Origin: Octopus sinensis
Lineage: Eukaryota
NCBI RefSeq assembly: GCF_006345805.1
Contig: NC_043000.1
Coordinates: forward strand, 162,998,001 to 163,062,000
Reading direction: 5' to 3'
DNA: 64,000 nt
The notes beneath the pieces were generated by a model. It ran no database searches, was not told the DNA's origin, and was given only the letters and a program-made list of their open reading frames with translations. Positions 26,709-40,939 of this stretch are shown in pieces (position 1 is the first letter of the stretch; every line of letters begins with the position of its first letter). Position numbers and translations under genes: made by a program.

Positions 26709-27127
26709 TTCGTTTCTTTATTGCCCACAAAGGGCTAAACATAGAGGGGACAAATAAGGACAGACAAACGGATTAAATCGATTACATTGACCCCACGGCA
26801 TAACTGGTACTTATTTAATCGACTCCGAATGGATAGAAGCCAAAGTCGACCTCGGCGGAATTTGAACTCAGGACGTAGCGGCAGACGAAATACCTATTTC
26901 TTTACTACCCACAAGGGGCTAAACACAGAGAGGACAAACAAGGATAGACAAACGGATTAAGTCGATTACATCGACCCCAGTGCGTAACTGGTACTTAATT
27001 TATTGACCCCAAAAGGATGAAAGGCAAAGTCGACCTCGGCGGAATTTGAACTCAGAACGTAACGGCAGACGAAACACGGCTACGCATTTCGCCCGGCGTG
27101 CTAACGTTTCTGCCAGCTCGCCGCCCT
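26709..27127 (-). mobile_element. SINE A dimer flanked by 13-bp TSD
   Basis: acacgagccaata at 26696-26708 and 27129-27141. Confidence 0.9.
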
Positions 27128-27611
27128 AACACGAGCCAATACTTCTGAAAAAGAGGACGCGTTATTCTGTTGAGTTAGCGTTATTTTGTAGCATATTTTT
27201 AAGTATTGGGTTTTGTTTTGGCAGGTTCAGAGTCATTTCGTTTCAATGCGATAGAGATGACGACTAATCATTCGTTGACACTGACCCTTACTGCGATCCT
27301 TCCAAGTATTGTGTCTGTTTGTCAGTAGCCATAGAGGAGTTTCTCGAAATGTTTTGCTCACTGAGGCTCTAGATGAGAAAGAGAAGAGAAAATATAATTA
27401 TGCGTTAGTTATTAGAGCAGTCGACCGGGATTTTACCTAAATGTCCGACTTCATTTTCTACTTGGCGTTGTCTCTCCTGTGGAAAGTGAAATAGGAATTA
27501 ACACTGCAAAAGTTCATGATACCATTCGCCCCGAAATCTGGATATATTGTATTAAAGCGGATGGCATGTGAGGCTTACCACCAGTGCTCGGACATTAGTT
27601 GAAATACCAAA

Positions 27612-27666
<55 letters not shown>

Positions 27667-29400
27667 TCCACATCCTTCAAAGGCCAAGTTTTGAAAGAGA
27701 AATAACACGTTAGATAATGTAGTATGTAGTATACACACCGAGACACTACCGGATAAAAAATAAACGAGATGGTCAGAACTAGAATGCTTTTGATCATAGA
27801 TTTGTCTGGTCTGCGCTGGATATATTTATATTTATATTCAGGTTGATGGATGACTTACTTAGTCAGGAAAACGTTGAAAAATATCTTAAGGTTTTGAGTT
27901 ATGCCCTTTTATTTTCTGAGATCATTTCCTGTAGTAGTTTACTTAGCTTTTATCTTTCTGAGATCGATAAAATAACACCAATCAAGTACTGAATTTGACT
28001 GAACAACAAAATATTTTTCAATGCCATTTACTTGAGATTACTTGTGGCTCTGCTAAATGAAGCGATTTCAACAAGGCCAACACTGAATAATGAAAGCAAC
28101 ACCCAAAGCAACCTGGTCGATCAATCTCCCTCAAACTATAGGCAAACTACCATTTAAAAAAAATAGGAAGGAATCATTACATAATATGATCCTAAATATT
28201 CTGCCCAAGCAAACAGGACTGGTCACGACTGGAGTGTATTTGATCATTGGCTTCCTCCATCAGTAATGTCCTGGCTTCAACAACAATCGTAACAACAGCA
28301 GCAACCATATTTCCGTATTTATGTTTCATCAAATAATTTTAAAACATTAATTGTCAAATATTTAAGTTAGAGTATTGGCATTCCATCACTTGCCAGGTAT
28401 ATTACGCTTCGCTTTTGTTTCCTTTTTTCCTGCTTTTCAAATAATATTCGATAATTACGTTCCCATCTGCATCGGATGCCCCAGCAGCATTCAAGATGCA
28501 GTAATAACAGCGATGTTATTAAGTATAGGAAGAAATAAATACGAGGTCATTTGGGAAGTTATCGTTGTTGTTGTTGTCGTCGTCGTCGTCAGCGGCGGTG
28601 GCGGTGGTGGTAGTGGTGGCGTTATGCTGCTTCTTGTGGTTCAGTTCCATGTCAGATCTATCTGACCTTCAAATATGAACGTCCCAGTTGTAACCATCCC
28701 ACCTTTTATTCAGGATTACATTTTCCAATGTGTCCTTCCAATTTTATGACGGCAGGGTATGATTTGTAAGAAATTTGGCTGCTGTTTTTAGCTGTTCGAG
28801 TGAACATGCAATGGCTCATTCCCCCATTTCCTAGAGTTTCTGACCCTGATGGAGTAAATCTTTGATCAGACGCGTTCCAGTCGTGATCATCTCGTTTTTT
28901 AGTGTTATACAGGACTGCATTGTTCAGTCTATCATTTTCTTACTTAAGCGAGTAGACTGTGATTTATCTGTTATTTCTAACAGATTAAGGGATCGCCTAG
29001 GTGTTGCCTTATTGACTGATGTTGTTTTCAAAGGTTTTGCATAGAGATTTCAGTATTTTCTTGGAGGAGAAACGAATTGAAGTAATTTTCTCTTAGCCAA
29101 CTCTGCCACTTCAAACACTCTAAGTCGCTATAAGTTAATTATTCAAATATTAATTGAACAATTTTCACAAATTAGATAGTGTAGTAGAAACACAGAACTG
29201 AATATTTTGCATTATTTAGTTTTTCAACGGCATATTCACAGGATCTTTAGGGTGTCGGACAAAATACTTAATTCTATTAATTCCAGCACTTAAAATTCTG
29301 AGTTCAAATCATGTTGAATTCAGTTTTGCTTTTCGTACTACCGGGTTCGATAAAATAAACTACCAATCAAATAATCCAAAGACTGTAAACAGTATTTGAG

Positions 29401-29577
29401 TGGTGCAGGAGTGGCTGTGTGGTAAGTAGCTTGCTTACCAACCACAGGGCGTCTTCTACTATAGCCTCGAGCTGACCAAAGCCTTGTTAGAGGATTTGGT
29501 AGACGGAAACTGAAAGAAGCCCAATTATATATATATATATATACATACATATATATTATATATATATATATATATAT

Positions 29578-29620
<43 letters not shown>

Positions 29621-29862
29621 TATATATATATATATGTATGTATGTATGTGTATGTGTTTGTGTGTCTGTGTTTGTCCCCGCCAACATCGCTTGACAACAG
29701 ATGGTGGGGTGTGTTTACGTCCCCGTTACTTATCGGTTTGGCAAAAGAAACCGATAGAATAAGTACTAGGCTTACAAAGAATAAGTCCTGGGGTCGATTT
29801 GCTCGACTAAAGGCGGTGCTCCAGCATGGCCGCAGTCAAATGACTGAAACAAGTAAAAGAGT
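29401..29862 (+). mobile_element. SINE family D with internal (TA)n
   Basis: Aligns to 10423-10902. Confidence 0.85.
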
Positions 29863-30854
29863 AGTAGCCAATTTCTGAAATTGCCAGCCTTCTTCCTGCA
29901 TAAGAAATTGTTATTCAGTTTTCTCTATTTCCCGGGTTATCTTTGCATCTCATCCACACTAAGTCGATAAAATAACTATCATTCATTTAATCGTCTTACA
30001 CAAAACCACTACAACTCATACGACTTATTCGCCACATTACGCAACTGCAAAATAGTATATTACGTACTCTTTTCCATTCAGCGCTACGGTCAATTGTATT
30101 TATGCGTAGCATTTATTTATAATTAGCCTAAAAGCCGTAATCCGTGCGGACTCTTACACTAGCTCGTGCGGAGTGCTAATTGAGCCTGAAGCCTGAAAAT
30201 AAATAGAGCCAAATAGCATGACTATAATACGTTTATAGTGATTATATACCCGGTCGTATTTGACCAGAGGTGAAGGACGGATGAGGATTAATGCAATCAT
30301 TCTATTGTTCTAGTCCTAATTTGAATTCCAGCTGTTGACCAATTTTTCTCATAGTTCTTATCTCGACGTAAAATTAACGAAGCGAATGTCATTTATCTCC
30401 CCCCTTGATCTATGATGTCCTCTGACAAACGCCAAGCAAGATTGCGTGAATCAGTTAAGCTTTACTTGCTAGAAATAGCAAAGTGCTTTTAAATCAAATC
30501 CCAATGCTGGATTTCAAGCACCATATGAAGGGCAGCTTTTCAATCCCGGGATTATCCTGATTCCAAAAGGATATATGTCTATGTAGAGCAAATGTACAGT
30601 GAGATACAAGGACTCCAGACAGACAGAATTTCGCTTTTATTACAATAGATTAAATGGAATGCACCAGACAAATTAATGCTTTTTTTATCGCTATCTTTCA
30701 TCGTAGTTCTTATTCCAGCTACTGATATCTGATATCTGAGATTTCATTTTCTTTACTGCACACTCATTTTTCATTATTAATAACTCTGCTATATTGATGC
30801 ATAATCTAATAATTAGAACTATGCAATAAGTTACCTAACGCCCCAGATACTGTT

Positions 30855-31030
30855 ATAGAAGGAGGATTTCACTTTGCTGGACACCACTGGAAAAGTAAAG
30901 AAAACTGCTTAGTGACAACCCACTTCGCGAAGTGGCAATGATCACATTGGTTGGCCAGTAAATAAATTTCACTGGATATCAATGAGAACAACGATTACAT
31001 GCAGTGGAAGATAAACATGGATGGAAGATC
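30855..31030 (+). mobile_element. RTE-type LINE 3' remnant (similar remnant ~58020-58250)
   Basis: FHFAGHHWKSKE..AVEDKHGW resembles the RTE C-terminal FAGH..W..EDR..W region. Confidence 0.5.
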
Positions 31031-31626
31031 AGAATCATTTAAGTATATGTGCAACAGCAAGGTGGTGATGCTTCATTAGGTGGACTAATGCACCACACAT
31101 CTCATAATGAACGTAAAGCAAAGAAATTAAGGAAACAGTCCTTACTCTTGTGCTTCACTTTTTGTGTTTGCGTTACGCTGAGTGTGTATGTGTGTCTGTG
31201 TATTTGTGTGTGTTTGTTTGCGTTTCGCTGTATGTGTGTGTCTGCGTATGTTGGTGCGCTTGAATAATTAAATTTCAACACTTCTTGAAATGAAACCTCC
31301 TGTGGCTGCAGGATACCTAATTTAGCACCAGATAATTGATATGTGGGTCACATTTTTAGAATATAGTTAAATCAGAAATAAAAAAGGAGAATATTCTAAA
31401 ATTTCTAACTGAAACCACATTAACATTCTAATTCTTTAAGATCTAGAAAAGCTACAACCAGTATGAGAAATGTTTTACAAAGGTATCATTTACATTATCA
31501 TAACATTCCGTTGGTATATTGAAAATTGTTGTCTACTAGTTTTAGTAGCAGCAGGTTTTATATTTTTAATGACCTAATTCGCTGTTTATATGTTTATATC
31601 TTTATGTATGTGTGTGTGTGATTGTA

Positions 31627-31659
<33 letters not shown>

Positions 31660-32207
31660 GCTAGCAGCTAAGCCCGGTTTCACCTGCTCTATTTGGATGA
31701 TGTGGCTGTGACCGTTTTCGTTCGGTTAGGCATATGTGAATGAAAATTAAGTTTAGACCTGTACATGGTAGCTAGCCCTGGTAGAAATAGCAGCCAAATC
31801 TCCCTCAAAACACCCTACTGTCTTAATCCGACAATTCTGTCAATTATTTAGTTTGGATGAGAAACTGTAACTAAAGATTTAGATTATTAACCCCACAAAC
31901 AGGTGAAAGAAGAAATCCAAAGTTTTGGCTGACTGTCATCCTGTACTCCCACCTTGTTGCTAGCGAAATGGAATATGCCGGCTGTGTGAGCAATTGGTTG
32001 TTTTAATGGCGGAACAAAGAGGGGAATTCCATTAGAAAAGTTTTAATCAATTTTCTCGGTAACTATGGGGGCTAGGAAAAAATACAAATCGCATTCCAAT
32101 CTATAAAGCAGTCTCTACATGTGTGCCATTTTTCACGCGAATCCACACAGCCGTTTGGGTATGAACCTCAAGACAAGAAAGAATACAACGATCGCCCATG
32201 TCCAATT

Positions 32208-32251
<44 letters not shown>

Positions 32252-32327
32252 CTGTATCTATCTATATATAATACACACACACGCACACACATACATACAT
32301 ACATGCCTACATACATACATACATACA

Positions 32328-32363
<36 letters not shown>

Positions 32364-32371
32364 TATATATT

Positions 32372-32427
<56 letters not shown>

Positions 32428-32442
32428 GGGGTGGATAAAGAT

Positions 32443-32772
32443 ACCTTCGGTCATGAATGACCACGGAATTGCACCTAGAAAGTTACCCTTCGAGGCACAA
32501 GTCCAGGCAAGGTTGTTTATGAAAGACCAGCAGTGACCCATGCATACCGACCTCCCCTCTCCACACCAGTGAAGTTATCCAATGGAAAGGCAAGGGGCCA
32601 ATACAGCTTGGCACCAGTGATGTTGCAACTCATTTCTGCAGTTGAGTGGACTGGAGCAACGGGAAAATAAAGGGTCTTGTTCAAGAACACAACACACAGC
32701 CCGGTCCTGGAATCGAGCTCACTACCTCGTGATTGTGAGACCGGAGCCCTAACCACTGAGACATGCCCCTTC
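32443..32772 (-). mobile_element. SINE family B, full length
   Basis: tRNA-like head at the 32770 end, B body, tail ggtcatgaatgacc. Confidence 0.85.
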
Positions 32773-33311
32773 ACCATCTAGTGTGGTCACAATGCGGCGA
32801 GATTTGACTAGCGCATAGTCAACCACAATGTTAGGTTATATTACTGACCGCAGAACTCAGGCGAAATTTGTACCCAGAAGACATTGAGGAGTATTCACGT
32901 ACCATAAGATATTTAATTATAATAATGTCATTTATATCAATTGCAAGTCTTTGTTGAAGTTACAGTATTACCGCTGCAACGGCACACGTCATAAATCTTA
33001 AATCTTAACACACAACAATAGTATGAAGATATAATAGTTTGACCTCCTTAACCTTAGCGAATTATAATTACCGTTACATTATCAGAAACCATGCATACAT
33101 ACATGCATACATAGATACAAACATACATACATACATACATACATACATACATGCATACATAGATACATACATACAAACATATATACATACATACATACAT
33201 ACATGCATACATACATACATACATATATACATACATACATGCATACATAGATACCTACATACAAACATACATACATACATACATACATACATACATACAT
33301 ACATACATACA

Positions 33312-33342
<31 letters not shown>

Positions 33343-33357
33343 TTATATATATACATA

Positions 33358-34826
33358 CCTAAAAGAGGGTATAATATGCCCTGTCCATAAAGGAGAGAGC
33401 AGAGCAGATGCTAAAAACTACAGGCCCATCTCTCTGACCTCACATGATAGAAGACAATGGAACGCATTGTCAGAAAAAGGCTGTTCGCGTTCCTAGAAGA
33501 AAACAACCTTCTCACAAACACGCAACATGGCTTACGTCCAGGGAGGAGCTGCCTGACACATTTGCTGCAGCACCATGACTGGGTACTGGAACAACCGCTA
33601 AACCAGACAGCTGTAGACGTGATATACTTCGACTTTGTTAAGGCTTTCGACTAGGTTGATCATGGCATGATAAGTCACAACCTGCGAAACTTTGGTGTCA
33701 CCGGGAAACTGGGAGAGTGACTGCATGATATTCTGAAGGGCAGGAGTCAGACACTTGTAGCCAATGGTGCTCATTCTGAAGAGACACCAATTCTCGGCGG
33801 AGTCCCACAAGGAACTGTACTAGGGCCACTACTATTTGTGGTGGCCCTCTCAGACATGCTCTCCATGGTACAGTCAGCCAACCTGACCAGTTATGCAGAC
33901 GACACGAAAAGCATTGCAGGCAATTAGGAACCCAGAAGATATCATAAAACTGCAGAAGACCTGAACGAAATCTACAAATGGGCTAACATAAATAGCATGC
34001 AGTTCAATGTTACGAAATTTTAGGCACTCCACTACCGGTCCAACACCAGGCTAAAATCGGAATACACTGGACCAGAAGGTAATAAGATCCCAGAGTCAGA
34101 GTGGGTGCGTGACCTGGGGGTTCACATGAGCAATGATGCAACATTCAATGTGCATATTACCAAGATGGTAGCACTGTGCAGGGGAGTGGCTGGATGGATT
34201 CTGAGGACTTTCAGAACCAGGAAAAGGGAAGCCTTGCTACCCCTGTGGAAGGCACTCGTTCTCAGCCGCTTGAACTACTGCACCAAATTATAGACCCCAG
34301 AGAGTGTGAAACAAACTGTGGAACTCGAAGCAATCCAGCGCCAATACACAAAGAAGATTGACTCGATGCAAAAGATGGGCTACTGGGAGAGGCTAAAGGA
34401 GCTGAGTCTCTATTCCCTGGAGAGAAGACGAGAGAGAGAGATGTGGTGATATATATTTGTAAGCTCTTGGAGGGTTTCGCTCCCAGTTTTGAAATTGACA
34501 GCTATACACATCCTCGAACTGAACAGCACTGCATCATACCAAAGATCCCATCTTCCTCAATACTCTCGGTTTCAAGGGCCCGCAATTGTTCATCATCGTT
34601 CCAGGTACCCTTAGAGATCTACATGGTGTTGATGTGGAGGTTTTCAAAGAACGTCTGGACAGGTTTCTATCTGAGAAGCCAGATGAACCCACATCGCGGC
34701 AGGAGACGCAAAGAATGGCAGCTCCGTCCAAAACTTCACCAAAAACAATATCGGAAACAACAGCGAATAACTACAGGTGGTGCATCAGTATGAACTCAGC
34801 CCTGTAAAAGATAAAAGATAAAAGAT

Positions 34827-34828
<2 letters not shown>
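33358..34828 (+). mobile_element. 5'-truncated CR1-like LINE, reverse transcriptase pseudogene
   Basis: KNYRPISLTS, QHGLRPGRSCLTHLL, DVIYFDFVKAFD, GVPQGTVLGPLLF, SYADDTK, RDLGV; multiple stops and frameshifts; (AAAGAT)n tail. Confidence 0.92.
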
Positions 34829-34868
<40 letters not shown>

Positions 34869-35699
34869 CGTACGTGATCAGAGTATAGTTAAAAATAATA
34901 TCAAAGGAAATTCCCCAGGAATTGCTGATGCATTGCAGGCTACTCTGCTTAATGTGGTGAGCTAAAAATAATCAAGTAATGGAAGTTTTAACAGTAATTA
35001 AAAGAAATTTATTTACGTTGAAGAAAATTATCTGCAATAGGAATCAAGGAAAGAACTCCCAAAATTTCAAGTCACCAAAAGTTAGATAGAGTTATGCAAG
35101 GGAGGAATGAGTCTGAATGTTGACTGCAGTGCGGCAACTTTAATCATGTTTCAGGTTTATTTATTATTAATATTCCTCAGGATGGTGTAGTCAGCACAGA
35201 GCTATCTTACCCTAGAATAACTTGGAAACCTCTGAAATATCAGTATTTGATGGGTTTCTTTTCATTCTGCATTCTGCCTTCAGATCCTAGCGGGATCAAT
35301 CTTGTCTTTCATTCTTCCAGATAGTTTTAAAGGAATAAATACAACAACGAGGTATCATCTAAACCGGTTAATATCTACCTATACACTTTGTTGCTGCTCA
35401 CATCCCTATTATCAACGGCGTGTTGGCTATGTCAAGCCCTTATGTTTTCGCATATCCCCGTTCAAAGTAATTAAGTCAGTAGTGTATAGTTTGAGAAAGA
35501 ATTAACTGCTATTTTTAGCAGGCCGAGCCCACATAGAGGCTTACTCTGTGAGAAATTATTGCTATTGATGCTAAATTTTATGTCAAGTGAAGATTCTTTA
35601 TTGAAGATACAGTTCCTTTTTAATGTGTTTTATATTCGATGTCATGGATCTAACTTCTATTGTCAACCGACCATAGAAAAAAATTAAAGGTCATTCGTA

Positions 35700-35918
35700 A
35701 GCCATAGGCTCATAAAGCCGGTTTCCTTTGATTCTGTGGCGTATATATTCTTCATTGGACTGTCCGTCAAGGGGTTACACTTTTCTGCCAGCTGAGTGGA
35801 CTGGAGCAACTCGAAATGAAGGGTTTTGCTCAAGAAGATAACTCATCGTCCTGTCCAGGAATCGAAACTACAATTTTACGATCATTAGTATAACACCGCA
35901 ACCATTAAGCCGCGTGGT
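35700..35918 (-). mobile_element. SINE family B head/body with c2-like tail
   Basis: B body gagtggactggagcaac; tail gccataggctcataaagccggtttcc resembles 59115-59160. Confidence 0.65.
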
Positions 35919-36248
35919 TCCATATTATCAAAAAAATGGGAAACATTATTTTTAACCTGTTAGCAAGTAAATTTTAGAAGTTAATAAATGTTACTCTGGA
36001 TCGGTCTAAATTTATTGCCAAATACTTGCTTTATATTTCTTTGGCATAAACTGGTACAACTCGATAAACCGGTTTACACTGGTAAGAATAAAATAAATTC
36101 TCAAACAAACGTATGTATATGAGTGTGTATGTACTTAAGAATATGTGTGTGTGTGTGCGCGCACGCATAGACGTATGTTTTGAACAGCTTTCCTTTTAGA
36201 CATGCCGTATTCAGAAGACGACTTGGCATAGTTTCGGTTGTAGTAGCA

Positions 36249-36644
36249 CAGATTTCCGTCGATTTCCGTAAAAAACTTTTATTTTTTTACATAAGTAATG
36301 AGAGCGAAAGAGACTAAGAGGAAGCGATTTTACGACGAGAAGGTTTCACTTTGAAATCGGCCTGTGTGCGTTTGATGGGGTGTGGGAGACAGACAGTATG
36401 TTGTGTAAGTGAAGTGCTTCTGTTAGTGTGTGCGAAGAGACAGAGAGAGTAATGTGTGAAAGAGAGAGATAACTGATTTTTTACTCGGTGTATGTGTATA
36501 TGTATGTATGCATGTATGTGTGTGTGTGTGTGTATGTATCTATGTATGTGTGTGTGTTTATGTATGTATGTATGTATGTATGGCCGATTCATCGTAATTT
36601 TTTACTCGGTGTATGTCTGCATGTATGTGTGTGTGTGTAAGTAC

Positions 36645-36676
<32 letters not shown>

Positions 36677-37483
36677 ATGTATGGCCGATTCAGTGTTTAC
36701 ATTATTTCGAATTAAAACGAAAGATTACCTTGCGGCGCCTGTTTATGTAACAGTCTGCTATGTAGAAAATAATGAGGTTGACTCAATGGAATAATGACAG
36801 TGATCGAAGATATAGACAAAATTTTTTTTATTTAATCGTTATACATGCCTTGTCGACTGCTACTGTGCAGCCTTAATGTCTCTGTTGATGTGACGATGGT
36901 GAAATGGTAAGAAAAAGATGGGAGAGTTATAAAATGAGGAGATATTCTTCTCATGAGAAAAGAGTTGCATTCAAAGGAAAAAAAAAGTTAATAGTCTATA
37001 GAGGTGCACAGAAACTGGGTGCAAGCATGCATATATATGCATGTGTAAACATTGTGTTGTGCAGCAAAAGGAACGAACAGTACAAAATGTGTAAGGAAAA
37101 GTGACAAAATCCGATTGGTAATGTTCTGTGTGAAAAGTCTATGCCGGCCATACATACATACATACATACATAAACACACACACATACATAGATACATACA
37201 CACACACACACACATACATGCATACATACATATACACATACACCGAGTAAAAAAATCAGTTATCTCTCTCTTTCACACATTACTCTCTCTGTCTCTTCGC
37301 ACACACTAACAGAAGCACTTCACTTACACAACATACTGTCTGTCTCCCACACCCCATCAAACGCACACAGGCCGATTTCAAAGTGAAACCTTCTCGTCGT
37401 AAAATCGCTTCCTCTTAGTCTCTTTCGCTCTCATTACTTATGTAAAAAAATAAAAGTTTTTTACGGAAATCGACGGAAATCTG
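36249..37483. repeat. Large inverted repeat, ~338-bp near-perfect arms
   Basis: 36249-36586 vs 37145-37483; only a homopolymer-length difference noticed. Confidence 0.95.
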
Positions 37484-38241
37484 ATCTACGACATACGAAA
37501 CATCGCCGACGACTTTTCCCTTTGCTGAAAGAATTCTTTCTTTTTTGCCTTTCAGTATATGATTAAGCTCCTCTTTTTTATATATACGGATTGATACTAA
37601 CACTAAGGTCCTTAAATCCATCGTCAACGTTTGCAGACTTTCTTAGTCTCGTTTTCAGGAAGAAATATTACAGGGTAATAGCTGGAACCATTGCCGCCAG
37701 GATTTGAATTTTTATCAATAGATTTATGTTATAAATTTGGAGTTTCGTTTTTTTTGTAACCAGCGTTTGTTATCGGTTTGTTTATTTTAGTATTTTGCCG
37801 CGCTATGAATACTGCTTCCATCATTAATGATATATTTTTGTTAAATAATTGATAGATTAGATTGGCTAATAATGTTTCCGTTTAGTTTTCATTTGTGTTG
37901 ATCAGTGGGGTGTATTGTTATTTCTCCTTGCTGTAGGTTCATGATAATATTCATCCGTCGTTGTCGGCGATGACCAGGACATCACAAGGAAGAAGGGGCA
38001 TGGTACGTCCGGCTGTGGTCGATCAGGCCAGAGCATGTTGGTCTTCTGGGAATGAAGGCAAGGAGTTGGCTCTGGACCAGGCGCAGCTCACGTTTTCTTT
38101 GGGCTCTTTCGACCCTATTCGTAGGAGGTGGCACCTCTGTTGCTGTAGCTACGCCAGGCAGAACGGACCTGTGCTCACCTATCCCAGGTGTCGGGGTTGA
38201 TCTGAAAGTGATCAAGTACATGATACACACATGCACGCGCA

Positions 38242-38327
<86 letters not shown>

Positions 38328-38341
38328 ATATATATATATAG

Positions 38342-38400
<59 letters not shown>

Positions 38401-38407
38401 TATATAT

Positions 38408-38470
38408 AGGGGTTGGACAAAATAATGGAAACACCTTAAAATTTCAAACAAATCTATTTTAATATGGGAT
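38408..38470. mobile_element. Tc1-like terminal repeat (solo)
   Basis: TA-TAGGGGTTGGACAAAATAATGGAAACACC resembles Tc1-type TIRs; no partner found. Confidence 0.4.
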
Positions 38471-38954
38471 AGGCATTTACACCACCTCACACAAGTTCAT
38501 TAACTTCCACTAAATAAATCCGTTGCCTTGTTTATTCGAAGGCATCCCAAAGAGGTTAATATCAGTTGGACATAAAGTGGCTTGTTTTTAAAAGAAAAAT
38601 CGGAAATTGCACGCTTGATAAACCAGACTAGAAAATTACGTGTAAACACACACACTCACAAATAAACATACACACACATAAGCATAAACCTACATAAGCA
38701 TACACACACACATAAGAGTCATCCGTCACGTTTTTTCATGAGTATGACTTGACATATTACTATGCCTTCGTTAATTGCTTTAGGTGCTTATGTAATCGCC
38801 ATCTGACATCATTAATCGCTTACATGTATGAGAAGGAAAGAGAGGTATTTGAGGACATATATGGTAATTTAATAAAGCAACTCGAAATGTATTTTAATGA
38901 AACATATTCTTATATAAATTTCTGCTCATGTTCTCGATAAGCTTTCTTATAAGA

Positions 38955-39790
38955 TTATTTTATAAATCCGCCTTCAGCTTCAATGATTGCTTTAACGTGG
39001 GGCTGCAATTATTGACATGCTTCCACTCAATGGTTCTTATTAATTTCGGACGTCACCTGGACAATGGCAGTCTTCAGTGATGCTATGGATATTGGGAGAA
39101 TGTCGTCTAGGTTCCCGTTCAACAATGCTCGAAACGTAGTAGTCAGTGGGATTTAAATCTGGCGATTTTGGAGGCCACAAGTATGGTGTTACGTGACAGT
39201 AAACATTATCTGACATCTATTCTTGGGCTACGTAGGCTTTCTGAGAAAATGCTGAGTCATATTGCAACGTGTATGATCTACTGCATACGTCATCCACCCA
39301 GGGTGTCTCCAGCACCTCAGCGTATACAAAAGCATTAATTCTAAAACCCCGTGAAAAGATGCTGAAAACTTAGGGTGTATCACATTGGGATCTCAAAAGG
39401 ATCTGCACATAAACATCTGGTATTTTTCCAGTTAAACTTTTGATCTTGGCTGAAGATTTTCCAAAGCATGCGGGTTTACAACTTTGTTAAGTAACTACTT
39501 GTTTCAAATCAAACAGTTTCCCAGCGTCTTTGCGAGGATGAATTAGTTTCTCCTCAGCATATACGACTTGTATCGAATGTCCTTGTGCATTGTGGTTCTG
39601 AGAGACAACTTCGCCCTTTTGGCAATGTACCTCGTTGATTTTTAGTGTCCTTATGGTGTCCGAATATTTCGAATTTTTTATCTTTCATACGTTTGAAAGA
39701 TTCCCAGCAATAGCTTCCAGTTCCATCCGAACTTTGTGCACAAAATTTCTTGCATCTATAGAAAGTTGGCAACTTCTAAGTCGCTGTGTT
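38955..39790 (-). mobile_element. DD37D (maT) transposase pseudogene
   Basis: KDIRYKSY, LQYDSA...WPPKSPDLNPTDYY with 37 residues between the last two Asp, C-terminus VKAIIEAEGGFIK*. Confidence 0.88.
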
Positions 39791-40939
39791 CTGCATATAT
39801 GACAACAAAGATTGTGACTTTTCATCTATTATAGATGATCTGAAAGAAATAAAAACTTTTTAATCGGTTTGAAGAGAGTAATATGCTGATAATTAAGTGT
39901 CATCAAATACCCTTCATGCGTTGTATATATGACTCGCATTTGTTCGATGTCCAAATTCCGCCCTCATATCATTGGTCAAACAATGTGTAGTAGAAATCAT
40001 CTGCTGGAAGACCTCCGCGGTGAATTCGAACCTTCTACTACATCGTTGCGAACCGGACTTCTTTTCTGTACAACTATTACATAAGTTTCTTTAAACTTCT
40101 TAACCAGTCAGCTGTTACATAAGCTTTTAAAATTTTAACTGAGGCTTTTTTGAAATATACTGACAATAAAAACAGATTAGGTTTATATAACAAGCAATCC
40201 GCTAAAAAATACAATGGAGAAGTGTCTTTGATATTCTCACTGTAAATACTTGCCTTGCACACTGATATGAATCACTTCCCAAGAAAGAAGATTTTGAATA
40301 AACTCAGACAAGAATAAAATGAAAAGCAAGAAAAAGAAATCAGGTAATACGACTGTTAAATTTGAAAATAAAACAACCAAAATTTAATTGCCGAATATGT
40401 CAGAGTTGTGTGGTTTATGTTAACTTTGTGTTTCATGAAAGATCTATCAAAATCAAACCCCAAATCAAAAATGTCCCAGCACTGACCATCCAGTTTTTTT
40501 TTTTTATCTAAGGCTACACAGTCCAGTGTGTCTTCCATTGGCAAGACTTCGGGGTGTGATTTCAGACAGGGTGTGATTTACTGTAATTTCTTGTAGGTCA
40601 ATCGGCTACATAGAAGTTCCTTAATTGGCTCGTTTCAATGTTTGAAAGCTTGAGAAAAACTTCCAATTAAAAACGATACTTTTGGTATTAAAGATTAAAA
40701 TCGTTAGCCATTTCGGCTCCTGTAGAACTATCTTTTGTCGAAGAGAGAAACAGAAACTTATTCAGGGCTAAATAACAACACTAGCATTTTGGAATTAGGT
40801 TCAATTGTAGACTTTATCTCATTCAATGAAAGGTCACTATCTGTATATAAGGTAGTTCAGGTTAAATTTAATGATTTTTTTATATCGCCTTTTCAGGACC
40901 AGTTTGATGTATTGGTGAACAACCAGCTGTAAGGGCTGG

